Virus record (IMG/VR): IMGVR_UViG_3300037311_000013
Coordinates: 1-42,945 of that record
Length of the DNA: 42,945 nucleotides
Source: a virus
Lineage: Duplodnaviria; Caudoviricetes
Strand: one strand, 5' to 3'
The translations under genes and the position numbers were made by a program. The notes beneath the pieces are model-generated. The model saw nothing but the letters and a program-made list of their open reading frames with translations, ran no database searches and was not told where the DNA came from. Of this stretch, positions 26,485-35,710 are shown in pieces; positions within the stretch are counted from its first letter, which is position 1, and each line of letters begins with the position of its first letter.

Positions 26485-27609
26485 TTACTTGTTGAGGTCG
26501 CGGATGCAGGCGGAACCCTTGGTGTTCCGGTTGACGAGCGTGTATTCGGCGGTCAGCAGAGCCTCCTCCGAATCGCCCACCTTGCCGAGCGCCTCCGACT
26601 GCATCTCGCGCAGCCGGCCGAGCGCCCAGAGGTCCGGGTCCGCCAGCAGGATCGACGCCTCCGTGTCGGCGGCGAGAGCGCCGAGCGTGAAGCGGTCGAT
26701 GATGACGGCGACCGTGCCGTAGGGCGAGCGGTAGACGTCGACGACGTTGGTGATCGTCGTCTCGTTCGCGCCCTCCAGCACGCGCGCGCGCTGCGCGTTA
26801 TTGCCGCCCGTCGGGTCGATGTAGGCGAAGTTCGCCATGATCTGCGCCTGCTTGGCGCTCATGATCGCCTGCGTCACCGTGCCGCCGGCCTCCCACGCGA
26901 CCTGCTGGGTGGCGAGGAGAATCGCCTCCGAGAAGTCGCGGTTGGTGCCGGTGGTGACCGTCAGCGCGCCGGCGCCGGCCGTGCCGGTGACGTCGCCGCC
27001 GGTGCCGACGTTGTGGTTGCCGGCGAGGCGGTTCGGCACCGTCTCGGCGGCGGCCGTCTCGGCGAAGATGAGCTGGAACGCGCCACCCATCCGGCCGGCG
27101 GTGCCGGTCGGGCCGAACGGGTAGCCGGCCGCGACGCCGCCAGTGACCGGGGCCTGCGGGGAGTTGTCGCTGAGGAGCGAAGCCTCGATGTCACGCTTCA
27201 GCTCCCGGCCGCGCTTCATGATCTGGTAGTCCAGCTCGTCGCCGCGGCCGTAGGTCTGCACCCGGCGCATGGTGCCCGCAACCGACGCCGTCTCGGTGAA
27301 GAGCTGGACGTAGTTGAAGAGCATCGCCGGGGTCGTGGCGTTGAAGTCGGCGCCGCTCGCGGCCGACGGGCGGTAGCCCAAGACCTTGTTGTTGGCGCGG
27401 CTGGCGGCGCGGAGTTCATCCTGCTGCCAGTAGTGCTGGATGTCCTTGCAGTCGACCTTCGGGAGCTGGCTGTAGAACGGCGTCTCGTATGGCGAGATGA
27501 GTTCGATGATGTCCTCCACGGACTCGACGACGCCCTCGGTGTTGACCGCGGTGTTCATCCGCGCCGTGACGGTCGCGTTCGGCGTGGTGCTGATTACGGT
27601 ACGGGCCAT
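26485..27609 (-). CDS. Major capsid protein (DUF5309 / SU10-like)
   Basis: IELISPYETPF...HYWQQDEL...NYVQLF..TASVAGT...DELDYQIMKRGRELKRDIE...LGKVGDSE...EYTL. Confidence 0.9.
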   Translation of the reverse strand: MARTVISTTPNATVTARMNTAVNTEGVVESVEDIIELISPYETPFYSQLPKVDCKDIQHYWQQDELRAASRANNKVLGYRPSAASGADFNATTPAMLFNYVQLFTETASVAGTMRRVQTYGRGDELDYQIMKRGRELKRDIEASLLSDNSPQAPVTGGVAAGYPFGPTGTAGRMGGAFQLIFAETAAAETVPNRLAGNHNVGTGGDVTGTAGAGALTVTTGTNRDFSEAILLATQQVAWEAGGTVTQAIMSAKQAQIMANFAYIDPTGGNNAQRARVLEGANETTITNVVDVYRSPYGTVAVIIDRFTLGALAADTEASILLADPDLWALGRLREMQSEALGKVGDSEEALLTAEYTLVNRNTKGSACIRDLNK

Positions 27610-27614
27610 GTTGG

Positions 27615-28712
27615 CTATCTCCGCGTCGTGGCCTTCTGTGCGGCTGCGCGACGCTGCTGAAGAAGTTGCACTCCGATCGCGGTGCGCTCACTGGCGCGCG
27701 CGCTCGGTCCAAGCTGGCGGGCCTGCTGCGTCAGCGCCTTCGCCGGAGACGGCTGGCGCGGAGTAGCCTGTCCGCCGCGGACGGGCTTGGGCAGAATCCG
27801 CTTCGTCTTCGACTGGGCGGGAAGCTGCTTGCCCTTCCGGTACAGGTAGGCGTCGTTCGCCAACTCCCAAAACCACGGGTCCGTGACCTTGGAGAGCGTG
27901 TCGACGTCTGCCCGATAGGTGTCCTTCACGAAGGCCATTCGCTCGGAATAGAGCGCGTCGTTCCAGCCCTTGATCCGCTGCTTGATCTCGGGCAGGGCCG
28001 CCTTGGCCTTCATGCGAATCGCCTGCTGCGAGAGCCCGTCGTACTCTTGGGCGAAGGCTTGCCAATGCTGTTGCATGGCTGCGAGCTGGCTCTTCGCCTG
28101 CTCGAACTGCACCTTCCGCCCGTTGTACTCGGCCGGGTTCTCGCGAGCGAGCTTCGCCCAGTCCGTCTCAGCGAACGGCCGGAGGGCACGGGAGGCCATC
28201 TCGATCCGCGACTGGAAGTCCCGGTTGATGGCATGGGCGAACCTGTTGAGGTTCGTCTCCAGCTCCGTGATCCCCTGCTGCTGCTGCGACAGGGCTTGGG
28301 TTTTCCGCTGGTAGTCGGCCTGACGCATGGCGCCTTCGCGCCACTCCTTGATCTGCGACAGCGGGATCTCTTCGCCGTCGAGTTCGAGGATCGCGTCGTC
28401 GGTGATTTCCTCGTTGGCCTCGGCCTGCTCCTCGCCGTCCGGCTGGAGTTCCTGACCTTCAAGTTCCTCGCCTTCGTCGCCTGCCAGCGCTTCGGCCTCG
28501 TCGCCCGCCTCATCGGCGAACTCTTCGGCCGGCGCACGCCCGATCGGGGCCTCGTCGCCGGTTGGTGCTGGCTGCTGGCGCAGGGCACTCCGACGCTGTG
28601 CGAGGAGCCGGGCAGCTTCCGAGAGCCCGAGGGTCTGCGGCTGCTGCTGCGGGCCAGAGGACTGCGCGTTGCGCGCTTGGTCGTTGCCCGGGGGCTGCTG
28701 AGTCACGTTCAT
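27615..28712 (-). CDS. Capsid scaffolding protein
   Basis: Acidic N-terminus, LDGEEI, MRQADYQRKTQALS, DWAKLARENPAEY, basic C-terminus; directly upstream of the capsid gene. Confidence 0.85.
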   Translation of the reverse strand: MNVTQQPPGNDQARNAQSSGPQQQPQTLGLSEAARLLAQRRSALRQQPAPTGDEAPIGRAPAEEFADEAGDEAEALAGDEGEELEGQELQPDGEEQAEANEEITDDAILELDGEEIPLSQIKEWREGAMRQADYQRKTQALSQQQQGITELETNLNRFAHAINRDFQSRIEMASRALRPFAETDWAKLARENPAEYNGRKVQFEQAKSQLAAMQQHWQAFAQEYDGLSQQAIRMKAKAALPEIKQRIKGWNDALYSERMAFVKDTYRADVDTLSKVTDPWFWELANDAYLYRKGKQLPAQSKTKRILPKPVRGGQATPRQPSPAKALTQQARQLGPSARASERTAIGVQLLQQRRAAAQKATTRR

Positions 28713-28732
28713 AAGCTACCTTCTTGTGGGAG

Positions 28733-29080
28733 TCAAGCAGAGATGCGCGTCACGCGGTTGGGCTGGCGCTTCCGATCTTCCAGCTCCCACTCGTTGACGG
28801 TGCGGTTCATGTCGCCCACCAGCTCGCGGAGCGCCTGCGCCTTCGCCACGAGCCGCAGCGCCTTCGACGGCGCGTCGAGATCCGTGACGGTGAGGGCCAG
28901 CATCTCGTCGATGATGGTGTCGAGCGAGGACTGATATGCCGCGACGAAGGCGTCGCTGCGGAGGAGGGCCGCGGCGCGCTCGGCGCGGGCCTTCAGCTCG
29001 GCGAGGCGCTCGTCGGTGTACGCCTGCTTCGGCGGCGTGCCGAGGATCGGCCGGCGGATGAAGCGATCGAGGAGGCTCAC
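28733..29080 (-). CDS. Small head-module protein
   Basis: AERAAALLRSDAFVAAY helix typical of small genes between portal and scaffold. Confidence 0.75.
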   Translation of the reverse strand: MSLLDRFIRRPILGTPPKQAYTDERLAELKARAERAAALLRSDAFVAAYQSSLDTIIDEMLALTVTDLDAPSKALRLVAKAQALRELVGDMNRTVNEWELEDRKRQPNRVTRISA

Positions 29081-29265
29081 GGCTTGGTGCCTGCCAGCTC
29101 GGCCATGCGCTTCCGGCGGAGCGCGGCCTGCGCCTGCGGGGTGGTCGCGTCGCGCCGCTCGCGGGCCTTCTCGATGTCGAAGGGGTCCGCGGCGATCACG
29201 GGCTTCTCATGGGCCGGCTTGGTGTCGGTTGCCGGGATGGGCTTGCTCGGGTACTGTGTCTTCAT
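29077..29265 (-). CDS. Small basic hypothetical protein
   Basis: ATG at 29265 with GGAG SD; GTGA-coupled stop. Confidence 0.6.
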   Translation of the reverse strand: MKTQYPSKPIPATDTKPAHEKPVIAADPFDIEKARERRDATTPQAQAALRRKRMAELAGTKP

Positions 29266-29482
29266 GGACGATGATCTCCGCCAGTCTTCACTTGCGACCT
29301 TCTGGGCCGACCGAACGCTCGACCCTCGGAAGAAGGCGGCGTTTATCGCGTGCATCCATCGTGGGGAGTCGTTCCTCAGTAGCTCGCTTCTGCGAGAGCG
29401 CCTTCGCGAGATTGACGCCGATCCTGTAATCCCAGCGCCACGAGTGCCGCGACGGGCAATCCTGCTGCCCCATATTCCTTGA
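29264..29482 (+). CDS. Candidate antisense ORF overlapping the 3' end of the polyvalent gene
   Basis: MDDDLRQSSLATFWADRTLDPRKKAAFIACIHRGESFL spans an otherwise empty ~110-bp gap; no SD. Confidence 0.3.
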   Translation: MDDDLRQSSLATFWADRTLDPRKKAAFIACIHRGESFLSSSLLRERLREIDADPVIPAPRVPRRAILLPHIP

Positions 29483-32400
29483 CGTGCTGGCGGAGCCCTT
29501 CGAGGCCCGCCTGCTGCACGATCCTGCGGAAGCGCTGGATGTCACGACGGGGAATCGTATCACCCCGCTTCGCCAGCTCCTCGTCGAGCTGGGCAAGCTC
29601 ACGCGCGCGCTCGCGCATCGCGTCGGTCGACAGAGCCCCAGCGATGGCATCCGGGTCGGACGTGCTTTCGAGCTTGTCCAGTAGCGCCATCGTCGCCTGA
29701 CCGGAGTTCTTGCGGCCCCACGACGGCATCTCATAGAAGCTCTTGAACTGGGCGGGCTCGACGTAGTTGCGTGGCCCGAAGAGGGTGTTCGCCAGCTCCA
29801 CGGTCTGCCGCAGCTCGTCCGGGCTCATCTCGGGGCCGTCGAACGACGGCAGGACGGTGAGCGCGCCGCCACCCCGGTCGATGACATCGAGGCCGCCCAT
29901 CCGGTAGGCGTTCCGGGCGTAATCGACCATCTCGGGGCGCGCGAAGCCCGGTAGGTCTACCTGCACCCCGTAGGCGTTGGCGGTCGCGCGGTCGGCCGGG
30001 CTGAGGGTGTGGGCCGCGCTCGCTTCCTGCGCTTCGAGGATGCCGCGGAACTGCTCGGTCACCTCGGCGCGCTCCAAGTCCTGCCCAGACAGCGCCCCGC
30101 CCGGGATGCGCGGCGTGTAGACGTTGAGGGGGTTCTCCTCCAGCTCGCCGGCGGAGTTGCGGTAGCTGCCGCGGCCGTTGCGGAGAATCTCCGGCTGACT
30201 CCAGTCGTCGTACAGGACGTCCATGGGGCCGCCGCGGATGATCGCGTTGTAACGGTCCCTCGTGAGTTCGTCGGCATCGGCCATGGGCGTCCGCAGCGGC
30301 GGGACGACGTCGTGGCCGACCTTCTTGCCGGGGATCGTCTCCGAGGTCACAAACAGCGTGCCGGGCTCCCCCAGAGCGCTGTATGGCGCCGGACGCGGCG
30401 CGAAGGGGTCGCCCCGCATCTGGGCCAGCGCCCCCGTCCTGACGCCCTCTCCGGCGGCCTGACGGATCGCCTCGCGGCCGGGGTTGACCAGCCGGGGGGC
30501 CGCCTTCGCGACGGCCGGCACGCCGCCCAGCGGGGCGACCGTGGAGGCCAGCACGCCGACCGGGGACTCGGGGTTGCCGCCGAAGGCGCGGATGGCCTCA
30601 TCGGTGACCCATGGGGCCTCGTACTCGGGCGGGTCATAGTTCGAGCCGCCGCGCCCCGCGGAGGCCATGCTCATGAGGTCGCCCGCGAAGCGGATCGTGT
30701 CCGGGACGGCGCCCACGATCGCGCCAGCCACGCCGGCCGCCGCGTTTCGCTCGAAGCGGCGGAACTCGTCCCCGAGGTAGGCGACGCGCTCGCCGGCCTC
30801 GGCGATGCGCGGGTCCGGCGCGGAGTGGCTCAGGGCAGCGGCGTTTGCGTCGTCCTGAGCGAACGCAAGAGCGCCCGTGATGCCCGCGCCAGCCCCCGCC
30901 CGACGGGTGATGCCCTTGGGGAGGAAGTAGCCGGCGCGCCGGTAGTTGGTGGCTGCGTCGCCCGGGAGCGCGGGCTGATCGAGGGCGAGGCGGACGCGCT
31001 CGACCGTGTCGATGTACGGCTCCAGCGGGCCGCCCGGGGCGTCACGGCCGCGCAGCTCGCTGGCGCGTGACCCGATCTCGTGAGGGGTCTTCCAGTAGCC
31101 GCGAGAATCGTCGCCGAAGAGGCGCGACAGCATGAACGGGTCGTCGGAGGCCGAGATGCTTGCCTCGCGCTCGATGTGCGGGATCTCGTGAGTGAGGAGC
31201 GTCCCACGCTGATTGAAAAGGCCGGTGAGCGGGGCAAGCTGGCGCGAGAGTGGGCTGGCGTCGAACGTGTTGTCGATGCCGACCACGCTACCCGCCGGTG
31301 TGACCCGGCCGTTCCATGCGTCGCCGGTGCGCCAGCTCGCGGAGCCGACGTAGCCATCGCGGTCGTCGGGAAGGACAGTGAGGGCGCGGTACTCTGGGTC
31401 GAAACGGTAGAGGTCCGGGAGGTCAGCGAACTCCCCGAGGAGCGCGCCGCCCTTCGCGCTGCGTGCGGCGGGGTTCGTCCCGATATCCATGAAGTCGTCG
31501 TTTGGGCCCATCGCCGGAGAGCCGAGCCTGCTCCAGTCGATCGTGCCATTCCACGCCGGGATCTCGCGGCCGAGCATCGACATCGCGTTGTCGAGCGTCG
31601 TGCCCTCGCGAATCTCACGCTCGACGATGTCGCGGGGCAGGACGAGGCCGCGACCGCTCGGCGTGTAGAGTCCGCTCCCGCCGTTCTCGATCTGCATATC
31701 CGGCTGCCAGCCGGTGCGGTCGAGTACGTCGGTGATGCTGTCGCCTTCCTGAAGCGCCTTCGCGGCGTCACGACGGGCATCCATGAGCGCCGACGCCTCG
31801 CCCATCGGGATCGTGCGCGGGATGCGCGTGGAGAAGGCGGCTTCAGCGTCGTCACTCGCGAGAGCGCCGAGGCCGATGGCGCCCGGGGCGACGGCCCACG
31901 TCGGCCACTCCCCCTTCTTGGCGATCTCCAGAAGCGCGGGCGGAATCACGAATGACCACGCATCGGACTGATCCGGCCCCAGCTCTTGCCTCGTCTCCTC
32001 GATGATCTCGTCGCGGCGGCCGCGGACGGCGTCTTCCCAGTCGCTCATCGCGCGCGTGTAAGCCTCGTCGTCAAACTCGCCGGTTTCCTCGCCGTCCTCG
32101 TCGAGAAGGGGGAAATCCTCAGCGTTGGGCTCGTCGTCAGCAAGCTGTCGACGCGCGATTTCTTCCGCCTCGTCCTCGTCGACGTCTGCGCTATCAAGCA
32201 CCGAGTCGAGAGGCTTCGACGGCGGGTCGAGCTGGCCGCCCTCGTACTGGCGCATGAACTTCTGGGCAATCTGCGACGCCTGCTTGTCGTAGATGCTCTG
32301 GTAGCCGGCGAGGTTCTTGGGGTCCCACCGCTGCGCCTGAACGTAGCCCGGAGTCCACTCCAGCGTGTCGAGCCCCTTCTGTGCGGCCTCGGTCAGGGCG

Positions 32401-33581
32401 GCTTGGAACATCCGCTCGACCCAGTTGGTGCGCCACGGGAGGTCGGCGGGAATGCGCGGGTCTACGCCGCGCTCTGCTTCTGGCAGCCGGAGCGCGTAGT
32501 CGTATTCGTTCGCGCGGTCGATCTGCTTGTTGAGCTTCGTGAGCTTGCGACCCAGATTCTCCATGCCCAGCCAGTCGCGGCCGTTTCTGGCATCGACGAT
32601 CGCCTGCTTGAGTTCATTCTTTTCCTCAAGCAGGCCCTTGAGAACCTCGCGGTAGTCGCCAGTGAAGTCGCGGTAATCCCACGGCTTCGTCTGCTGGTAG
32701 AGATCGTTCTGCCACTCCTCGACCATGAGGGCGCCGCCGCTGCGCTCCTTCGTCCTCATGTGGCCGAGGTAGTGTTCGTCGCCCGGGTAGTGAGTGCGCG
32801 ACCTCGCGCTCGAAGGCAGCGGAGTCGCGCCCGGCGTGCGGAATACCGTCTCTTGATCCCGGTCACCGTATGGAGTCGTGTATTGCGTCCACTGAGGCTG
32901 CCGCTCGATGCGCGGCGCAGACAGGCGCGCGCGAGTGGCCTCCTCCAGCAGGCTTGGCGGCAGCGCCTCGTTGAGCGCGCCCTTCACCTTCTCCGCGAGC
33001 TTGAGCCCAGAGTTGTCGCCCTCGATGCCCTCCATGAGGGATGGCAGCTCAAGATCCGACCAGTGCCGCATCCGTAGCAGTAAGCCGCCCTCAGAGGCGA
33101 TGCGGCCGCCCATGAAGGCTTTCCACACCTCGTCACGGACGTCGCTCCCCACCGCCTCTTGCGGCCAGAGCTTCACCTCGCCCTGCGGATTCACCGATAG
33201 CCAGCGCCCGAGCGTCGGGCTGTACCCGGCACCTTCGCGCATGAGCTGCCCGGCGAGCCCCGTGTAGACGCTCTCGACGGACTCGCGGACGCGGTCCTCG
33301 CTGACCTCCTGCGGGACGGGCCGACCGCCGAAGACGCGGGGCTCGACGCGCATCTGCTTCGAGCGCAGCTCGTTGACCCACTCGGTCCCGTTGAGCGGCC
33401 CGAGGTCATCGAAGCCAGCGAAGCCATTTGGTAGCTGCCGCTCGAAGTGTTCGATCTCGGCTGGCTTGACGCCCTTGTTCTTCAGGAACGCGCGGAGCTG
33501 CGTGCCGGTCCACTTCTGCTTCGGCCCGGCGGCCTCGATGGTCTTCAGCAGCGTGGAGACGAAGCGCGGCCCGCTCATCAC
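29376..33581 (-). CDS. Large polyvalent protein (three modules, including an LPD23-like region and a HExxH metallopeptidase-like domain)
   Basis: FLKNKGVKPAEI, HMRTKER...LMVEEWQND, RTGW, LPDLYRFDPEY, LLTHEIPH, YWKTPHEIGSR; coupled to the portal stop. Confidence 0.75.
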   Translation of the reverse strand: MMSGPRFVSTLLKTIEAAGPKQKWTGTQLRAFLKNKGVKPAEIEHFERQLPNGFAGFDDLGPLNGTEWVNELRSKQMRVEPRVFGGRPVPQEVSEDRVRESVESVYTGLAGQLMREGAGYSPTLGRWLSVNPQGEVKLWPQEAVGSDVRDEVWKAFMGGRIASEGGLLLRMRHWSDLELPSLMEGIEGDNSGLKLAEKVKGALNEALPPSLLEEATRARLSAPRIERQPQWTQYTTPYGDRDQETVFRTPGATPLPSSARSRTHYPGDEHYLGHMRTKERSGGALMVEEWQNDLYQQTKPWDYRDFTGDYREVLKGLLEEKNELKQAIVDARNGRDWLGMENLGRKLTKLNKQIDRANEYDYALRLPEAERGVDPRIPADLPWRTNWVERMFQAALTEAAQKGLDTLEWTPGYVQAQRWDPKNLAGYQSIYDKQASQIAQKFMRQYEGGQLDPPSKPLDSVLDSADVDEDEAEEIARRQLADDEPNAEDFPLLDEDGEETGEFDDEAYTRAMSDWEDAVRGRRDEIIEETRQELGPDQSDAWSFVIPPALLEIAKKGEWPTWAVAPGAIGLGALASDDAEAAFSTRIPRTIPMGEASALMDARRDAAKALQEGDSITDVLDRTGWQPDMQIENGGSGLYTPSGRGLVLPRDIVEREIREGTTLDNAMSMLGREIPAWNGTIDWSRLGSPAMGPNDDFMDIGTNPAARSAKGGALLGEFADLPDLYRFDPEYRALTVLPDDRDGYVGSASWRTGDAWNGRVTPAGSVVGIDNTFDASPLSRQLAPLTGLFNQRGTLLTHEIPHIEREASISASDDPFMLSRLFGDDSRGYWKTPHEIGSRASELRGRDAPGGPLEPYIDTVERVRLALDQPALPGDAATNYRRAGYFLPKGITRRAGAGAGITGALAFAQDDANAAALSHSAPDPRIAEAGERVAYLGDEFRRFERNAAAGVAGAIVGAVPDTIRFAGDLMSMASAGRGGSNYDPPEYEAPWVTDEAIRAFGGNPESPVGVLASTVAPLGGVPAVAKAAPRLVNPGREAIRQAAGEGVRTGALAQMRGDPFAPRPAPYSALGEPGTLFVTSETIPGKKVGHDVVPPLRTPMADADELTRDRYNAIIRGGPMDVLYDDWSQPEILRNGRGSYRNSAGELEENPLNVYTPRIPGGALSGQDLERAEVTEQFRGILEAQEASAAHTLSPADRATANAYGVQVDLPGFARPEMVDYARNAYRMGGLDVIDRGGGALTVLPSFDGPEMSPDELRQTVELANTLFGPRNYVEPAQFKSFYEMPSWGRKNSGQATMALLDKLESTSDPDAIAGALSTDAMRERARELAQLDEELAKRGDTIPRRDIQRFRRIVQQAGLEGLRQHVKEYGAAGLPVAALVALGLQDRRQSREGALAEASY

Positions 33582-35704
33582 ACGTCCCCGATGGATGCGG
33601 CGCGCGACTGCTCGCGCTCGATCTGGAGTTCGGCCTTGTCGACCTGAGCGTCGTGCTGGAACTTGCGCTCTTCGAGGTTCTGCTTGGCCGCGGACGTGGC
33701 GGCCTGAAGGTCAAGAGCTTCCTTCTTGAGCTTGGGCTCGGCCTGCTTCGCCTGCGCCTCGGCCATGAGCTTCGCGACCTCGATGCCGATGCGCTGGGCC
33801 ATCTGCGCCTGCTGCTGCTGCTGCATCTGCTGGGCCGCCTGCTGCGCGAGCTGGAGGCGCTGGACAACCTTCGGATCGTTCGGGTTGCCGAGCCAGTTGG
33901 GCTGGCCAAGGAGGTCGAACACCTCGGACATCGCGGCGTACTGCTCCTCCATCTGGTAGAGCGGCGCGAGTGTCTGGTTCGCCATGACCATCGAGTGCAG
34001 CATGATGGTGTTCTGCGCGCGCTTCTGGCCGTACTCCGGCGTGAGCGCGTCGTCAACCTCCATCTCGTCGCCCTCGCCGAGCTGCTTGGGGTTGACATCG
34101 GTGACGTTGCCGTCGACGTCGAGCTTCACGGGAACGTCATACTCGAAGCCGAGCTTCCAGAGGTCTAGAAGCAGCGGGCGCATGAACATCTCGGCGATGA
34201 GCTTGGCGAGCATCATCGGCCGCGCGCTGCCCACCTCGATGAGCTGCGCGATCATGTCCTTAGCGTTCTGGTGCGTGATGATGTCGCCGGTGTTAAGCCC
34301 GCGGCCCATCCGCATATCGCCCGTCCGCATCTCCTTCTGCGTGGCGAGGACTTCCATCATCGGCATGGTGGCCGCGGAGATCGCGGGCTGCGGGACCACG
34401 GCGAAGGCCGCCTGCGGGTCCGCGGTGTCGACGATGCCGCCGATCGGGTTGTCGATGAGATCGCGCGGGTTGCGGATCTTCGAGAGGTCCGCGGCCCGCA
34501 CGCCGGCATTGACCCGATGGACGTTGTCGATGACGCCGCGGGTGACGTTCGAGGCCGCGCGCTGCACGTCCATGGCTACGTCCGCGACCGACAGGCCGAC
34601 GGGCTCGTGCGCGATGCGGTAGGCGGTCGCGAAGCGCAGCGGGATCTCGTCAACGCGCTGCTTGAGGAGGATCGCGGCGCCGGACTTGATGACTTGCCAC
34701 AGCTCGGCGTCCGTCTCCGGCTGGTCACGGGGGGTCGTCATGTCGACGCGGAGGAACGCCTCCTCGATGTCGATCTCATCGAGCCCCTTGATGGTCGAGC
34801 CGTTCGTCGAGCGCCGGTTGCGGGCCATGACGGTTCGATCGTCGGTGAGGGCGGCGCCCGCGGCTGACTCCAGCTCCTCGACGATCGCCGGATCGAAGCC
34901 TTCCGCGATGAGTTCATGACGCCGCTTCCTATAGGTGATAGCCACCCCCGGGATGCGCTCTGGGTCGGAGAGATCCTCCACGCCGGCGAAGACGTGGACG
35001 TTCTCGGGCTTCAGCACCTCGATGCAGATTCGCTGCCGCTCCTCGACCATCTTGACGCGGGCGGTGATGAGCTTGCGGCGCGTGAGGGCCGGGCCGAGCG
35101 GCGTCTGCACCTCGACGTCCTCCCACTCCTCGGCGATGGGCTGAATGTCCTCGATGGACCCCGTAATCACCGCGGCCTCGATCTCCTCCTCGGGCACGCG
35201 CTCCACGTCGCCCCACGTCACCTTGCGATCGGTCTTTATGTACCGCTTCACGCACGCGAACCGCTTCAGGCAGAGGTCGTGGAAGACGTCGTGCAGGATC
35301 GCGGTGCCCGGGTTCTCGCTGAACAGGATGCGCTTGACGTACTTCGTCCGCAGCCGGGCGGGCTCGACATCGCGCTCGCTCATGGGGCGGAAGCGGATGA
35401 CGTCGCGAGAGCCGGCAAAGGTCTTCATGAGCTTCGCCTTCATGCTCTCGACGGACTCGAACACCTCCATCGAGACGTAGTCCGAGGTGTTGGTGCCGGC
35501 CGGCTGCGGCTCGACACCGCGGTAGTAGTCGACGGCGAGGGCGAGGTCGTCCTCTTGATCGTCGGAGTCGCCCGTCGCTGACGAGCTGATCTCTTGGTCG
35601 ATGAGGGCGGCCAGCTCCTCGTCGGTATAGCGGTATTCCGGCTCGGCAGGCTCCGCTTCGCCAGCCACGAGATCCGCCATCACGTCCGCCTCGACCGCCG
35701 CCAT
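33578..35704 (-). CDS. Portal protein (P22-like)
   Basis: AVDYYRG, YVSMEVFESVE, FRPMSERDVEPA, GLSVADVAMDVQR, Q-rich barrel C-terminus. Confidence 0.92.
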   Translation of the reverse strand: MAAVEADVMADLVAGEAEPAEPEYRYTDEELAALIDQEISSSATGDSDDQEDDLALAVDYYRGVEPQPAGTNTSDYVSMEVFESVESMKAKLMKTFAGSRDVIRFRPMSERDVEPARLRTKYVKRILFSENPGTAILHDVFHDLCLKRFACVKRYIKTDRKVTWGDVERVPEEEIEAAVITGSIEDIQPIAEEWEDVEVQTPLGPALTRRKLITARVKMVEERQRICIEVLKPENVHVFAGVEDLSDPERIPGVAITYRKRRHELIAEGFDPAIVEELESAAGAALTDDRTVMARNRRSTNGSTIKGLDEIDIEEAFLRVDMTTPRDQPETDAELWQVIKSGAAILLKQRVDEIPLRFATAYRIAHEPVGLSVADVAMDVQRAASNVTRGVIDNVHRVNAGVRAADLSKIRNPRDLIDNPIGGIVDTADPQAAFAVVPQPAISAATMPMMEVLATQKEMRTGDMRMGRGLNTGDIITHQNAKDMIAQLIEVGSARPMMLAKLIAEMFMRPLLLDLWKLGFEYDVPVKLDVDGNVTDVNPKQLGEGDEMEVDDALTPEYGQKRAQNTIMLHSMVMANQTLAPLYQMEEQYAAMSEVFDLLGQPNWLGNPNDPKVVQRLQLAQQAAQQMQQQQQAQMAQRIGIEVAKLMAEAQAKQAEPKLKKEALDLQAATSAAKQNLEERKFQHDAQVDKAELQIEREQSRAASIGDV

Positions 35705-35710
35705 CGCTCG

